Origin: Candidatus Omnitrophota bacterium | GTDB lineage: Bacteria > Hinthialibacterota > Hinthialibacteria > Hinthialibacterales > Hinthialibacteraceae | Direction of reading: 5' to 3' | Length of the DNA: 64,000 nucleotides | Assembly: GCA_016934335.1 (NCBI GenBank) | Contig: JAFGTC010000130.1 | Location: 431-64,430, forward strand | In this document: piece by piece, positions 46,841 through 57,273 of the stretch | Layout: the number at the start of each line of letters is the position of its first letter | How positions within the stretch are numbered: the first letter of the stretch is position 1 | Program-made: the position numbers and the translations under genes | The notes under the pieces: model-generated | What the model was told of the DNA's origin: nothing | The model's input: the letters and a program-made list of their open reading frames with translations, nothing else | Database searches by the model: none

Positions 46841-47839
46841 ATGGCGGCGCAATATAATCCAGGATGTTCGAGTACGATGTCTCGACGCGCGTTTTGTCAT
46901 AATTCGTTGGCGTTCGCGATGTGGCCCTCCTTCGCGAGTTGGATGTCCTCCGATCGTATGATCGAATCCAACCGATCGTCCAAAGTGGTCGTCGTACGAG
47001 ATCGAAAGGCGTTGGATTCCAGCCATGAGCCTTCTTTCGATTCCGTTCTCAGGATGCTCCACGCCGGCTTGTGCGAGCTCTGCGGAACGGGATCGGTCCG
47101 CCAGGCGTGGGAGCGGCTGTTTCCCTCGATTGAACGAGCGGCCGTCAAATCAAATGTAAGCGTGCGTCCGGTTCATGCCGCTTTTCATCAAGCGATCATG
47201 GAATCGTTGTCTCTGTATGGAATCCGTCAAGATCAAATGTGCGTATGGGATCGGAATCGAGGCGGGATTGGAATCGCTCAAGCGGATTCCAAGGATTGGG
47301 ATTGGGCGCCGGGCTACGGAGACGATCATCTCAGCCGCGCCGTGCATTGGGCGGATGGGCTGATCAACGCTCCCATGTTGAAGACGCACCCCGTCACGGG
47401 GATTTCCGGGGCGGTGAAAAATTGGGCGGGGGCGGTCACCGGCATCAATCGGCGCGACGATCAGGCGACTTTCGCTATTCACGCCAATCGGTGCGCCGAT
47501 ATCGGGCGCATTCATGCATTGCCCGCCATCCGATCGAAAAGCCGGTTGATTGTAATGGACGCTTTAACTCCGCTTTTCCAAACAAGTGAGCCGAACCGTT
47601 CGTACGAATCTTGGCCCTATGGCGGATTGATTCTGGGATTGGATCCTGTGGCTGTTGATCGAGCGGGATGGGAAATATTGAATGAATATCAGAGTGCAAT
47701 AGAAAATCGAACTTGGCGGAAGCCGCCTTTACCGCTGCATTTGATCGAATCGTCGCGGCGATATGGGTTGGGAAACTGGGAGGCCGGCTGCATTGAAACG
47801 AGATTCGTTGACTCGAACAAGGCTGTTTTCGGGAAATAA
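46841..47839 (+). CDS. DUF362 domain protein, possible Tat substrate
   Basis: SRRAFC, INAPMLKTH...ISGAVKN and DPVAVD motifs; AGGAGG RBS. Confidence 0.75.
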   Translation: MAAQYNPGCSSTMSRRAFCHNSLAFAMWPSFASWMSSDRMIESNRSSKVVVVRDRKALDSSHEPSFDSVLRMLHAGLCELCGTGSVRQAWERLFPSIERAAVKSNVSVRPVHAAFHQAIMESLSLYGIRQDQMCVWDRNRGGIGIAQADSKDWDWAPGYGDDHLSRAVHWADGLINAPMLKTHPVTGISGAVKNWAGAVTGINRRDDQATFAIHANRCADIGRIHALPAIRSKSRLIVMDALTPLFQTSEPNRSYESWPYGGLILGLDPVAVDRAGWEILNEYQSAIENRTWRKPPLPLHLIESSRRYGLGNWEAGCIETRFVDSNKAVFGK

Positions 47840-47854
47840 GGTTTGGGGGGGGCG

Positions 47855-48508
47855 TCAAGTCGTAATTTCGTTGTGAACCCATTCAAACGCTTTCATGAGC
47901 AATTCGTTCGTGTTATGAAGGTTGAGTTTTTCTTTGACGCGGGAACGGTAGGTTTCGATGGTTTTAACGCTCAAATGCAATTGATCCGCAATTTGGCGGG
48001 TTGTGTAACCCTGGCCGATCAGGCGAAAGACGTCCAATTCCCGGTCGCTCAAAACTTCCATATCCGAAGCGATTGGCGATTGGCCTACGTCAGAGACGCG
48101 ATGAAGGATTTTTGAAAGGATGGAATCGCTGACATACATTTCGTTGTTAAGAACTTTGCGTAAAGCCAGCATGATTTTTTCGGTCAATTCGCGCTTCATA
48201 ATGTAGCCGTTGGCGCCGGCTTTCAGCGCACGCTCGGCGTACAGGGTTTCCTCGTGGAGAGAAATCACCAATATGGGAACCTTGTTCATAGTGGCGCGGA
48301 TATTTTTGATTAAATCGATCCCATTGGTTCCCCCGAGGTGAATGTCAATAATGATGATGTCCGGTTTGTGAGTCTGGATCTCGGTGATGGCGCTATTGGC
48401 GTCGTCCGCTTCGGAGCAAACGCATAGATCGTCTTCCTGATCGATCAGTTGCTTCATTCCGTGGCGAACAATGGGATGATCGTCTACTAACAGGACTTTC
48501 TTTTTCAT
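47855..48508 (-). CDS. NarL/FixJ family response regulator (REC + LuxR HTH), no adjacent kinase
   Basis: LVDDHPIVR, IDI, LSDRELDV and IADQLHLSVKTIETYR. Confidence 0.95.
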   Translation of the reverse strand: MKKKVLLVDDHPIVRHGMKQLIDQEDDLCVCSEADDANSAITEIQTHKPDIIIIDIHLGGTNGIDLIKNIRATMNKVPILVISLHEETLYAERALKAGANGYIMKRELTEKIMLALRKVLNNEMYVSDSILSKILHRVSDVGQSPIASDMEVLSDRELDVFRLIGQGYTTRQIADQLHLSVKTIETYRSRVKEKLNLHNTNELLMKAFEWVHNEITT

Positions 48509-48858
48509 GAAATGATCTCTTCTGCCTGTATGCTAAAACGGGCGAGATCTTGGAAGGGCAGTAAGGCAAGAGGAGATCGTGCTATGTTGGATCGAATCCA
48601 AGCCGCCCGCTGCTAAAATTGACATGATTCATGCAGCAAGCCATCACTAATAAGAAGATAATATGTAAAGATCTTTTTAATCTCCAATCACATTGTAAAC
48701 GATTGGATCAAAAAAAGAAGTAGAAATTAACACAATCGTCAATTATTTAACAATTCACATAAAAGCTATTTTTCTACAAAATCAATGAATATTTATAGAA
48801 TAGTATCGTTTTCTTGTCAATATGAAAAAACCATTCGTCAAGTTTTCCATTGATCCGA

Positions 48859-49311
48859 TCAGGCGGCTTGAAAACTTAGATCGATGCCCCATAGGATGTT
48901 GGATTCGTTGCGGTGGTTTCTCGTGTAAGTCGTCACCCACTCATATTCCCCGCACATCATTCCTTTGCTTATAACGGCGATCAACTCGACTTCATTGCAG
49001 GGCAACTCGAAATACCAGGTAGGAATTCCCGCCTCTTTTCGCTGTTTATAGGCCGGGCGATATCCCCGCATCCACATTTCGGAAAATGAAAGTTGGATGC
49101 TGCCGCAAAACATTTCAAAAGCGTCGTCCAGATCCGGCATGGCGCCGAGAAATTCTTCCATTCGCTCCAAGGCGTGTTCTTTGATTGAAAAGAATCCCGC
49201 TTTGCTGAGTTTTAGAAACTTATCGCCGCGTATCGCCATCGCTCCAGCCCTCCCTTCGTTTGTGTCGTTATTAAAAAGCAAAATAGGCGCCAAAGGGATT
49301 GTTTTGGGCAT
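48859..49311 (-). CDS. Hypothetical protein (150 aa)
   Basis: The only sizeable ORF in an approximately 1.1-kb gap, with plausible composition. No family recognised. Confidence 0.55.
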   Translation of the reverse strand: MPKTIPLAPILLFNNDTNEGRAGAMAIRGDKFLKLSKAGFFSIKEHALERMEEFLGAMPDLDDAFEMFCGSIQLSFSEMWMRGYRPAYKQRKEAGIPTWYFELPCNEVELIAVISKGMMCGEYEWVTTYTRNHRNESNILWGIDLSFQAA

Positions 49312-49619
49312 TTGGAGAGACGACTCGCTTGAAAATATGAATTTAGGGAAAAGTCGCCATGCTATGCGCCTCCCTCGGGAAGCGCGATTTTCATGAAAAA
49401 TGAATCAAAAATTGAGTGGAATTATTCAGTTTTTGATTGGTTATTCTTGATCTCATCCGTAAATGAATGCCGGGCTTGGAGCGGACGCCGAAAGCCGTGC
49501 GTTCAAACCGCCGCTCATTCAGTATTATGCTTTTCTGAACTAGGATAGTCTAAGAGGATAGTCTAAGAGAGGTTTTCCACTCCGGTCTCTCTTCGCGCAG
49601 AAGAGGAAGAAAGAGCAAA

Positions 49620-50639
49620 ATGTCGATGAACTTGGATTTGATACGCGATGTATTGATTCAAATTGGAAGGCGGGTGCGAGAGCGCGTTTATCATTCTCTG
49701 ACGCACCAGTCGCTGGAGGAGCGCACCTCCGTTCATGCGGAGACGGAGGAGGATACGATCTACCAGATCGATCGGGATGTCGAATCCATCATCCTCCCCG
49801 AATTGAATCGTCATGCGGCTGCATTGAACGGCGTTATCCTGATTGCGGAAGGCATCGGCGATGAGGACGCCGTCGCGCTCCCGCATGGATGCGATCCCCG
49901 CGATGCGGCCCTGCGCATCCTGATGGATCCCATCGACGGCACGCGCGGCATCATGTATGACAAGCGATCGGCGTTTTTCCTGGCGGGAGCGGCCCCCAAT
50001 CGGGACGAGGCGGCTTCGCTCCGGGATGTCGTCGCGTCCGTCATGGTGGAACTCCCAACCTCGCGAAGTTATCTCAGCGATGAAATATGGGCGTTGCGCG
50101 GGCAGGGAGCGCATCGGTCAACGTACAATATGAAATCGGGCGAAATCGAAGCGCGAAAAATCGCGCCCTCCCAATCGAAGACTCTTCTCGGCGGTTTTGG
50201 CCAGATCAGCCGGTTTTTCCCGCCGGCCAAGGAGATTCTCGCCCGCATTGAAGACCAATTGATAGAGCGCCTTTTCCCCGACGCGCCTGCGGGCCGGGCG
50301 ATTCTTTTTGAAGACCAATATATTTCCACCGGCGGTCAATTGTATGAAATGCTAGTCGGACACGACCGGTTCGTCGCCGATTTGCGCGCGAGTCTCTATC
50401 GCCGGATCGAAAAAGAGGGCCGGCGAATCGGCTTGACCTGCCATCCCTACGATGTGGCCGCCCATAATATCGCTCAAGAAGCGGGCGTGATTGTCACCGA
50501 CGCCCGAGGCGCCGATCTCGATCCGCCTTTGACAACCACCGGCGCAGTGGATTGGATCGCTTACGCCAATCCCAGCATCCGGGATGAAATTCAGCCGGTG
50601 CTAATGGATCTGCTGCGGGAGCAGGGATTGATTGAGTAA
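49620..50639 (+). CDS. Inositol monophosphatase (FIG) superfamily protein
   Basis: AEG, MDPIDGT and PYDVAA...EAG. Confidence 0.82.
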   Translation: MSMNLDLIRDVLIQIGRRVRERVYHSLTHQSLEERTSVHAETEEDTIYQIDRDVESIILPELNRHAAALNGVILIAEGIGDEDAVALPHGCDPRDAALRILMDPIDGTRGIMYDKRSAFFLAGAAPNRDEAASLRDVVASVMVELPTSRSYLSDEIWALRGQGAHRSTYNMKSGEIEARKIAPSQSKTLLGGFGQISRFFPPAKEILARIEDQLIERLFPDAPAGRAILFEDQYISTGGQLYEMLVGHDRFVADLRASLYRRIEKEGRRIGLTCHPYDVAAHNIAQEAGVIVTDARGADLDPPLTTTGAVDWIAYANPSIRDEIQPVLMDLLREQGLIE

Positions 50640-50654
50640 AAGAGGCGTTAAACC

Positions 50655-52994
50655 ATGGGGGAGGCGATGCGCAGCGATCATTTTGCATATAACCAGAAAT
50701 TGTTTGTTATTTTATCGGCTGTTTTTGTCGGCTGCATGGCGACCTTAATGCAGGTTGTTCTTTTTCGCGAGCAAATGGCTCTGCTGGAAGGGAACGAACT
50801 GACGCTCTCTTTGATGCTGGCCTGGTGGCTGTCGGGGATCTCGCTGGGCGCATTGCTGCCCAAGCATTTTTCCATCGACTGGGATCGGCATGATTGGCTT
50901 CCCGCCTTGCTTCTCTCTTTGCCTTTGACGCTCGCTTTTTGCGCCGTGTTGATTCGCCTGGCGCCTTGGTGGCTTTCCATCCCCCCGCAGGAAAATCCTT
51001 CGCCCATTCAAATCGTCATCCTTTCCGCCGCATCCGTCATGCCGGCTTCGCTGCTGATCGGTTTCTTGTTTCCACTACTGTCAATCGCGATGAAGAACGC
51101 CGCCGAGAATCATGCGGACGCTCTGACGGTCGGGCGCATCTTTTTCTATGAAGCGCTGGGAAGTTTTGCGGGAGGGATTTTACTGCTGCTTCGTCTTGTT
51201 CCTCGATTCTCATCCTATGAAATCGCGGGATTGTCGTTGGGCCTGATCGCGCTGGTCATTTCCATCTTGCTTCCCAAATCGTTTTGGCGCAAGGCGGGAT
51301 TGGCCGTCTTGGCTATGGTCTGCATCATTTTTTGGAGCGGCCTGCCGCACCGGATGGACCAGTGGAGCGCGCAGGCCCGCTGGGACGCCCGGCAGGCGGG
51401 CTATCGATTCATCCAGTCGCTGGAAACGCCCTATCAACGCCTGGAATTGGGGGAGAGAGACGAACAGTATACCGTGTTCGGCAACGGCGCTCCTCTTTTT
51501 TCCTATCCGGACGAGTACGCCCATTCGCAATGGGCTTTCATGAGTTTATCGCAAAATCCCGATCCCCGTTCCATTCTTCTCATCGGGAACGCCGGCGGAG
51601 AGTTCTATCCGTACTTCGTTCAGCATCAACCGCAGGATTATTGGATTATCGAAATGGACGCGGGCGTGAAAGAGATCGTCGGCGATCGTTTGGATAAAAT
51701 CGATTCTCAGGAAAATCCGTCGCCGCCGCCGACCTGGGTCAGCGGCGACGCCATACGCTTTTTCGGCCAAAAATATTGGAGCGGATATTTTGATTTGGCC
51801 GCCGTCAACCAACCCGATCCTACCAACGCCGTGATCAACCGCTATTATACGCGCGAATTTTTTACGCTGCTCCGGCGCATCATGTCCGACGAAGGCATTG
51901 CGGCGTTCAGCACGACGGGTACGCCCAATTATCAGCTGGGCGACGTGGGTTTTTATGCGGGGACGCTGTACTGGACTTTGCGCGATGTCTTTGAACATGT
52001 ACTGGTCGTTCCGGGAACGGAATGGTGGTTTTTCGCCGGCGCCAACCGCGATCTGCTGTCCGATCCCGCTGCTGTAATCGAGCGCTTCAAGCGCCTCCAT
52101 CCCAAGACGACTGGCTTCTCGCCGGAAATATACAGTCTCTATTACGATGCTGAGCGCATCGAACAGACGCGCCAATCGCTGGAGCGCTATCGCAGCGTTC
52201 CCCGGAATACGGATTCCCGGCCGTTGTGCTATCTGTACAATCTGCTCATGTGGTCCAAGAAATACGGTTATCTCAAATGGCTGCCGGTCGAGTCTCTGGC
52301 GGCGTCGGGGCGAACCTTGATGGGGATGGGGATCGCCGCGCTTTTGGGATTGTACATCGCCGCTTTGGCATTCTTTCGTCTTTTTACGCCGCGATCCATA
52401 CGAGCGTCCTCGATTCCTTTGGTCGCCTTATTCTTTGCGGGCTTCTCTTCGTTAGCCGCCGAGACCGCCATTCTTTTGTTTTTTCAAAGCTGCGTCGGCT
52501 ATCTCTATCAACACGTCGGGATCTTCTTCGGCGTGTTCATGCTGGGATTAGCCGCCGGCGCCTTAGCCGCCAATCGATTTGTGATCCGACGGCGAAGGCC
52601 GGCCGGATTATGGCTGACTTGCGCCGCGGCATTGTTCAGCATCCTGCTGGCTCTTTCTCCAGCCGTCTTGTCCCTGTTTTCACACGTATGGATTCAATTC
52701 TGGGTGGAATTCCTTTTGCTGTTCTGGCTCGGCGTTTTGGCGTTTCTGATGGGATGCCTGCTGCCCATCGCGGCGCGAACGGTGGAAGATCAGGGAATCG
52801 ATATGGCGTCGCTGGCGGGTTGGATTGACGCCAGCGACTGCGCGGGCGGAGCGTTGGGCGCGCTGATAACCGGTTTGCTGCTCGCTCCCTTAATTGGATT
52901 GATGAATACTTTTTATGGATTGGCGGGATTGAACGCTTTCAACGTTTTGATTCTGTTTTATTGGCTGCGCAAAAAAAATACACAATCTTATTAA
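50655..52994 (+). CDS. Membrane-fused spermidine-synthase-like (SAM-binding fold) protein
   Basis: N- and C-terminal TM bundles (GNEL, EALGS, GYLYQ) flank a domain with ETPYQ, LLIGNAGG, IEMD, GDA, PDP and YYTREF. Confidence 0.8.
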   Translation: MGEAMRSDHFAYNQKLFVILSAVFVGCMATLMQVVLFREQMALLEGNELTLSLMLAWWLSGISLGALLPKHFSIDWDRHDWLPALLLSLPLTLAFCAVLIRLAPWWLSIPPQENPSPIQIVILSAASVMPASLLIGFLFPLLSIAMKNAAENHADALTVGRIFFYEALGSFAGGILLLLRLVPRFSSYEIAGLSLGLIALVISILLPKSFWRKAGLAVLAMVCIIFWSGLPHRMDQWSAQARWDARQAGYRFIQSLETPYQRLELGERDEQYTVFGNGAPLFSYPDEYAHSQWAFMSLSQNPDPRSILLIGNAGGEFYPYFVQHQPQDYWIIEMDAGVKEIVGDRLDKIDSQENPSPPPTWVSGDAIRFFGQKYWSGYFDLAAVNQPDPTNAVINRYYTREFFTLLRRIMSDEGIAAFSTTGTPNYQLGDVGFYAGTLYWTLRDVFEHVLVVPGTEWWFFAGANRDLLSDPAAVIERFKRLHPKTTGFSPEIYSLYYDAERIEQTRQSLERYRSVPRNTDSRPLCYLYNLLMWSKKYGYLKWLPVESLAASGRTLMGMGIAALLGLYIAALAFFRLFTPRSIRASSIPLVALFFAGFSSLAAETAILLFFQSCVGYLYQHVGIFFGVFMLGLAAGALAANRFVIRRRRPAGLWLTCAAALFSILLALSPAVLSLFSHVWIQFWVEFLLLFWLGVLAFLMGCLLPIAARTVEDQGIDMASLAGWIDASDCAGGALGALITGLLLAPLIGLMNTFYGLAGLNAFNVLILFYWLRKKNTQSY

Positions 52995-53095
52995 AAATGT
53001 GTTATCATCTTTTGGGGATGATGAGAGGAATAAACGAGACAGCGTTTCATTTTGAGCCCGCCTTGTCCCGTCTCTTTCAGATTGCCTCTCCAATA

Positions 53096-53797
53096 TTATT
53101 CCACTACTCCGGGTTTCAGATTCCCGTCCTGTAGTTGTAGGTGGCGGTCGGCGTTTCGGGCGATGGATTGATTATGAGTGACGATGACGATGGTCAAATG
53201 CCGGTTTTGCTGCTGTTTGCGAATCAACGCGATCAATTCGTCGCTGCTGGCCGGGTCGAGGTTGCCGGTCGGCTCGTCCATAAACAGAATGGCGGGCGAA
53301 TTGATCATGGAGCGGGCGACGGCCGTGCGCTGCTGTTCGCCGCCGGAAAGACGGCTGGGTTTGTGGCTTAAGCGATGTCCCAATCCCAAGTCGGTCAGCA
53401 GGGATCGGGCTTTTTCGCGCAGGTCGCGGGCGGGCAGGCCGGCGATCATGCCGGGCAGCATGACGTTTTCCAGCGCGTTGAACTCGGGCAGCAGATGGTG
53501 AAATTGAAACACGAAGCCGAATTCGCAGTTTCGGATGCGGTTCAATTCCTCGCCGTTGGTTTGGGCCAAGTCGCGTCCCAGGTAGAGAATTTGTCCGGAG
53601 GTGGGGTGGTCCAGGCAGCCCAATAGATGCAAAAGAGTGGATTTTCCCGAACCGGATTCGCCGGTGACGGCTAAAAACTCATTTTTGTGAATCTGCAAGT
53701 GCAGATCGTGCAGAACGACTAAGTCTTCTTCGCCGGTCTTGAAGGTTTTTTGGAGACTTTTGGCTTCGAGCAAAATATTATTGAGATCCGGATTCAT
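53096..53797 (-). CDS. lolD: Lipoprotein-releasing ABC transporter ATPase
   Basis: GESGSGKSTLLH, the LolD motif GFVFQFHHLLPEF, LSGGEQQR and DEPTGNLD. Confidence 0.88.
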   Translation of the reverse strand: MNPDLNNILLEAKSLQKTFKTGEEDLVVLHDLHLQIHKNEFLAVTGESGSGKSTLLHLLGCLDHPTSGQILYLGRDLAQTNGEELNRIRNCEFGFVFQFHHLLPEFNALENVMLPGMIAGLPARDLREKARSLLTDLGLGHRLSHKPSRLSGGEQQRTAVARSMINSPAILFMDEPTGNLDPASSDELIALIRKQQQNRHLTIVIVTHNQSIARNADRHLQLQDGNLKPGVVE

Positions 53798-56039
53798 TCG
53801 AGCGGCCTTCCTGCTGCGATATGTCGCGTTCGAGTTTGTTTTGTTCCATGATTATCTGTTTTTCCAAGTCGCGCATGGAGAGCGCGCGGGCGCCTTCCAA
53901 GGCTTTATCGAAATGCTGCCTCGCTTCGGATAACTCGTTCAATTGGACTTGGATGAGGGCGAGTCGGAAATGGATGTCGACCGAGCCAGGTTCGAGATCG
54001 AGAACCTTTTGATAGAGGGCCGCGGCTTCATCCAGATTGTTGAATTGCTCCTGCTCAATTCGGCCTAACAGAGCGATGGCGTTCGTGTTGTAAGGGTGCA
54101 GTTGAATTTCTTTCCGGAGATGGCGGGCCGCTTCCTGGTATTTGCGCGCTTTCTCATCGATCTGGGCAGCCAAGAAGTTCGCATCCTCGCGGTTGGGATC
54201 GATGATCAGCAGGATGTCGGACATTTTTTGCGCTTGCGCAAATCGGGATTCTTCCAAGTACAAATTGCACAGCAGTTGATAGGTTTCAGGGACGCACCAG
54301 GTCTCTCGCGAGCGTTCGAGGTGGTCGATGGCGCGCATGCGCAAGCGCGGGTCTCGCTGAATTCGAAACTGCGAAGCGTATAAGCGGCCCAGGTCGAATA
54401 AGACGGCGCCGCGGCGGGGGAAAAGGCGATTGGCCTGGTTCAGGCGCGTCTCCGCCAAATGGAAATGAGTAAAGGCGCCGGCCGGATCGGATTGTTGAAT
54501 GCTTCTCATGCCGTTCTGCCAATTAACAAAAGCTTTGTTGAGATTATGGCTGGAGGCCAGATGGCTCAGGATCAATCCCGCCGCCGCGGCGAGAAGAGGG
54601 ATGGCGGCCAGCGATATGATCCAGCGAAAATAAGCCGGGCGGTTTGAAAGAGTTCCTTTTTCTTTTCTGGTTAATAGGATGACGCCGCCCGCCGCTAAGG
54701 CGAAAAGTACTGCGCTGGCGGGAAGCAGAAGGGGGAAATCGTAAAGACATTGAATGATTATCATCACAAGAACGGCTGTGCATCCGGCCAGCAGCGCCGT
54801 TTTCTCTTGGGCGCGGTGGGAACGGAGCAGTCCGCACACGGCAAATGTCAGCAGAGAAATCAGAAATAAAATCAGCAGGGAATAACCGATCAGGCCGGTT
54901 TCGGCGAGCGTCTGCAGGTAATCGTTGTGCGCTTGGTCGGTTCGGATGGTGTTCATTTCCCGGGTGACGTGCTGAATGCGCTGCGGATCGGTTTCCAGAG
55001 CGGACGTATAAATAGCGTCCAAAAACCGGGGGGCGTAGCGACCGAGGCCCTGGCCCCACAGGGGATTTTCCCGCCACATGCGCAGCGCGGCGTACCACAT
55101 AAGAGGGCGGGCGCGCAGGCTGGCGTCGCGCAGTTGCAGGCCGTGGTGAAATCGCCGGGCGGTATTATGCAGGGGGCCGTTATTCGATTCCAAGGCAAAA
55201 AACGCGGTAATAAGGAGGATGAGCGCGCATGCGGCAAAACAGGCCTGCTTCCAGCGCCGTTGAATCGTCTGAAGAATGGAGGAATGAGACGCGTCTTTCC
55301 GATAGGCTAAGAAAAGAATGGTCAATAATAAAGTCGGGATTAAACTGATCCAAATGCCGCGCGTGAATGTGTAGGCTAACGTGATCAGCACAATGACGCT
55401 GTAAGCGATCCAAAGCAAGCGAGCCCGCCAATCGCGCGAGGCCGCCGCAAGGGTGATCAGCCATATCAATAAGATTCCGCCGTAGCTGGCGTAATAATTT
55501 GGATTTCCTAGGCTGGACCAGATAACGGCGCGATCGGCGCCGATGAACGAACTTTGCCAGACCCAGGGCAGTTTTTTGATCCATGTCAAAAAAATAAATT
55601 CGCCGAAAATGTTGCCGACGGCTAGAATCACCGGCCCTAACTGGCCGATGGCGGCGATCCAAAGCAATTGGAAGAATTCTTTTCGCCCCGCGCAGGCGTC
55701 TGCAATCAGAAGGATCAAAAGCAACCAGGATATGGGTTGGAACGCCGCATCCATTGCGAATTCTCGATGATCGTCCACAGCCGCGCGCGCCAGGATATAC
55801 AGGATCCATGCGGCGATGACGGCGGCGATCGTGTTGAAGCGGCTATGCGTTCGCCGGGCGCACCAGAGCGGCAGTGTGAATAAAACAGCAAGCAATACGC
55901 CGTATTGCAGAAAACGGAATTTCGTTTCCGGCCCGGCGCCGACGCCGATCTGCAGGTCGACCAGCACGGGCGTCAGCAGCAGAACGGCGGCGATCGTCAG
56001 GAAGCGCAATTTTTCTATATAATCGAGAAGGATGCCCAT
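53778..56039 (-). CDS. O-antigen ligase/O-oligosaccharyltransferase-like protein with C-terminal TPRs
   Basis: GNPNY, TRGIW, PLWGQGLG and AHNDYLQTLAETG; TPR-like C-terminus. Confidence 0.85.
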   Translation of the reverse strand: MGILLDYIEKLRFLTIAAVLLLTPVLVDLQIGVGAGPETKFRFLQYGVLLAVLFTLPLWCARRTHSRFNTIAAVIAAWILYILARAAVDDHREFAMDAAFQPISWLLLILLIADACAGRKEFFQLLWIAAIGQLGPVILAVGNIFGEFIFLTWIKKLPWVWQSSFIGADRAVIWSSLGNPNYYASYGGILLIWLITLAAASRDWRARLLWIAYSVIVLITLAYTFTRGIWISLIPTLLLTILFLAYRKDASHSSILQTIQRRWKQACFAACALILLITAFFALESNNGPLHNTARRFHHGLQLRDASLRARPLMWYAALRMWRENPLWGQGLGRYAPRFLDAIYTSALETDPQRIQHVTREMNTIRTDQAHNDYLQTLAETGLIGYSLLILFLISLLTFAVCGLLRSHRAQEKTALLAGCTAVLVMIIIQCLYDFPLLLPASAVLFALAAGGVILLTRKEKGTLSNRPAYFRWIISLAAIPLLAAAAGLILSHLASSHNLNKAFVNWQNGMRSIQQSDPAGAFTHFHLAETRLNQANRLFPRRGAVLFDLGRLYASQFRIQRDPRLRMRAIDHLERSRETWCVPETYQLLCNLYLEESRFAQAQKMSDILLIIDPNREDANFLAAQIDEKARKYQEAARHLRKEIQLHPYNTNAIALLGRIEQEQFNNLDEAAALYQKVLDLEPGSVDIHFRLALIQVQLNELSEARQHFDKALEGARALSMRDLEKQIIMEQNKLERDISQQEGRSNESGSQ

Positions 56040-56052
56040 CGTTTTCTTCGAT

Positions 56053-57144
56053 CTAATCTTCCTTGATGAGTTGATTGTAGAACCGAATCGTCTCTTCGGC
56101 GATGCGCGGCCAGGAAAATCGGGTTTGAGCGTCCTGGCGCGCCTGGCCGCCGAGGCGTTTTGCGGCCGCCGGATCGAGCATCAAATCGCTGACCGCCTCC
56201 GCCAGCGCCTGAGGATCGTCGGGGGGGACGAGCCGGCCGGTTTCGCCGTCGCGGATCACTTCCGGAATGCCGCCCACCCGCGTCGCCGCGATGGCTTTTC
56301 CATAAGCCATCATCAGCATTAGCGCGGCGCTTTGATCGATGTCGCGGTAGGGCAGCGCCGCAACCGCCGCCGAATCCAGGAGCGCAGGAATTTCTTCATC
56401 GGGAATGTAGCCGAAGCGCGTTTCGACGCACGACTGCAAATGATGTTCTTGGATCAACTTCTCGCATTCTTCGAACGGCCCCAAGGCCTGGCCGGCGATC
56501 AACAGGCGTGCGTCAGGGACTTTCCGTCGAATTTCGGGCATGGCTTTAATCAAAATATCGAGGCCTTTGTAAGGGCGGATATTCCCGAAAAAGAGAATGA
56601 CGGGCGACGGCGACGGCGAGGCTTCCGGCGTTTTTTCTCCCAGCAAAAAACCGTATTCCCCGAGTGGAATAACGGAGTGCTGCTTGCGAATTTCCGGAAA
56701 CTGCCGCTCGAAAGCAACCCGCGAATGGTTGGTATGAAAAATCAATCCCTGCATGCGCTTGTAGGTTTTTCCATAGAGCGCCAACGAGGATTTTCGGATT
56801 TCATGAGGCAGCACATTATGAACCGTGTACACCCACGGGATGCGCTGCAGGGGAATCATGCGCATCACTGCGAGAACCAGCCGGGGGTATGTCGAACACT
56901 GCCAATGTACAATGTCGGCTTGACGGCGGAACGGGCGGCAGGCCGCCCATACGCGCAGCGGATTGGTGCAGAGTGCGTTAAAGACGCGGTGAACGCGAAC
57001 CGAATCCGGCAAGGGACGGTCCAGCCAGCGAGAGGCGGTGATGATGTCGCATCGCGCGCCCTGTTCGCCCAACGCGCGCGCCAGGGCGTACGTGCAGTGC
57101 GATACTCCTCCAGCGCCGGAAGGTTCAATGAAAAGAATGTGCAT
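56053..57144 (-). CDS. GT4 glycosyltransferase
   Basis: HNVLPHE, FFGNIRPYKG, LPY...QS and VGGIPEVI. Confidence 0.92.
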   Translation of the reverse strand: MHILFIEPSGAGGVSHCTYALARALGEQGARCDIITASRWLDRPLPDSVRVHRVFNALCTNPLRVWAACRPFRRQADIVHWQCSTYPRLVLAVMRMIPLQRIPWVYTVHNVLPHEIRKSSLALYGKTYKRMQGLIFHTNHSRVAFERQFPEIRKQHSVIPLGEYGFLLGEKTPEASPSPSPVILFFGNIRPYKGLDILIKAMPEIRRKVPDARLLIAGQALGPFEECEKLIQEHHLQSCVETRFGYIPDEEIPALLDSAAVAALPYRDIDQSAALMLMMAYGKAIAATRVGGIPEVIRDGETGRLVPPDDPQALAEAVSDLMLDPAAAKRLGGQARQDAQTRFSWPRIAEETIRFYNQLIKED

Positions 57145-57273
57145 GAGATGTTGTTATCGTATGGATTTCTCCCCGGCGTATTGAATTTAAGCCGAAGGAG
57201 AGAGTCTTTTGCGGACTATTCTACCCTTCTGCATCGTTCTTTCTAAGAGAGAGAAGGACGGCTTTGTTATGAA

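Noticed and set aside
56332-57246. 304-aa plus-strand ORF
   Set aside because: Antisense shadow of a GT4 gene.
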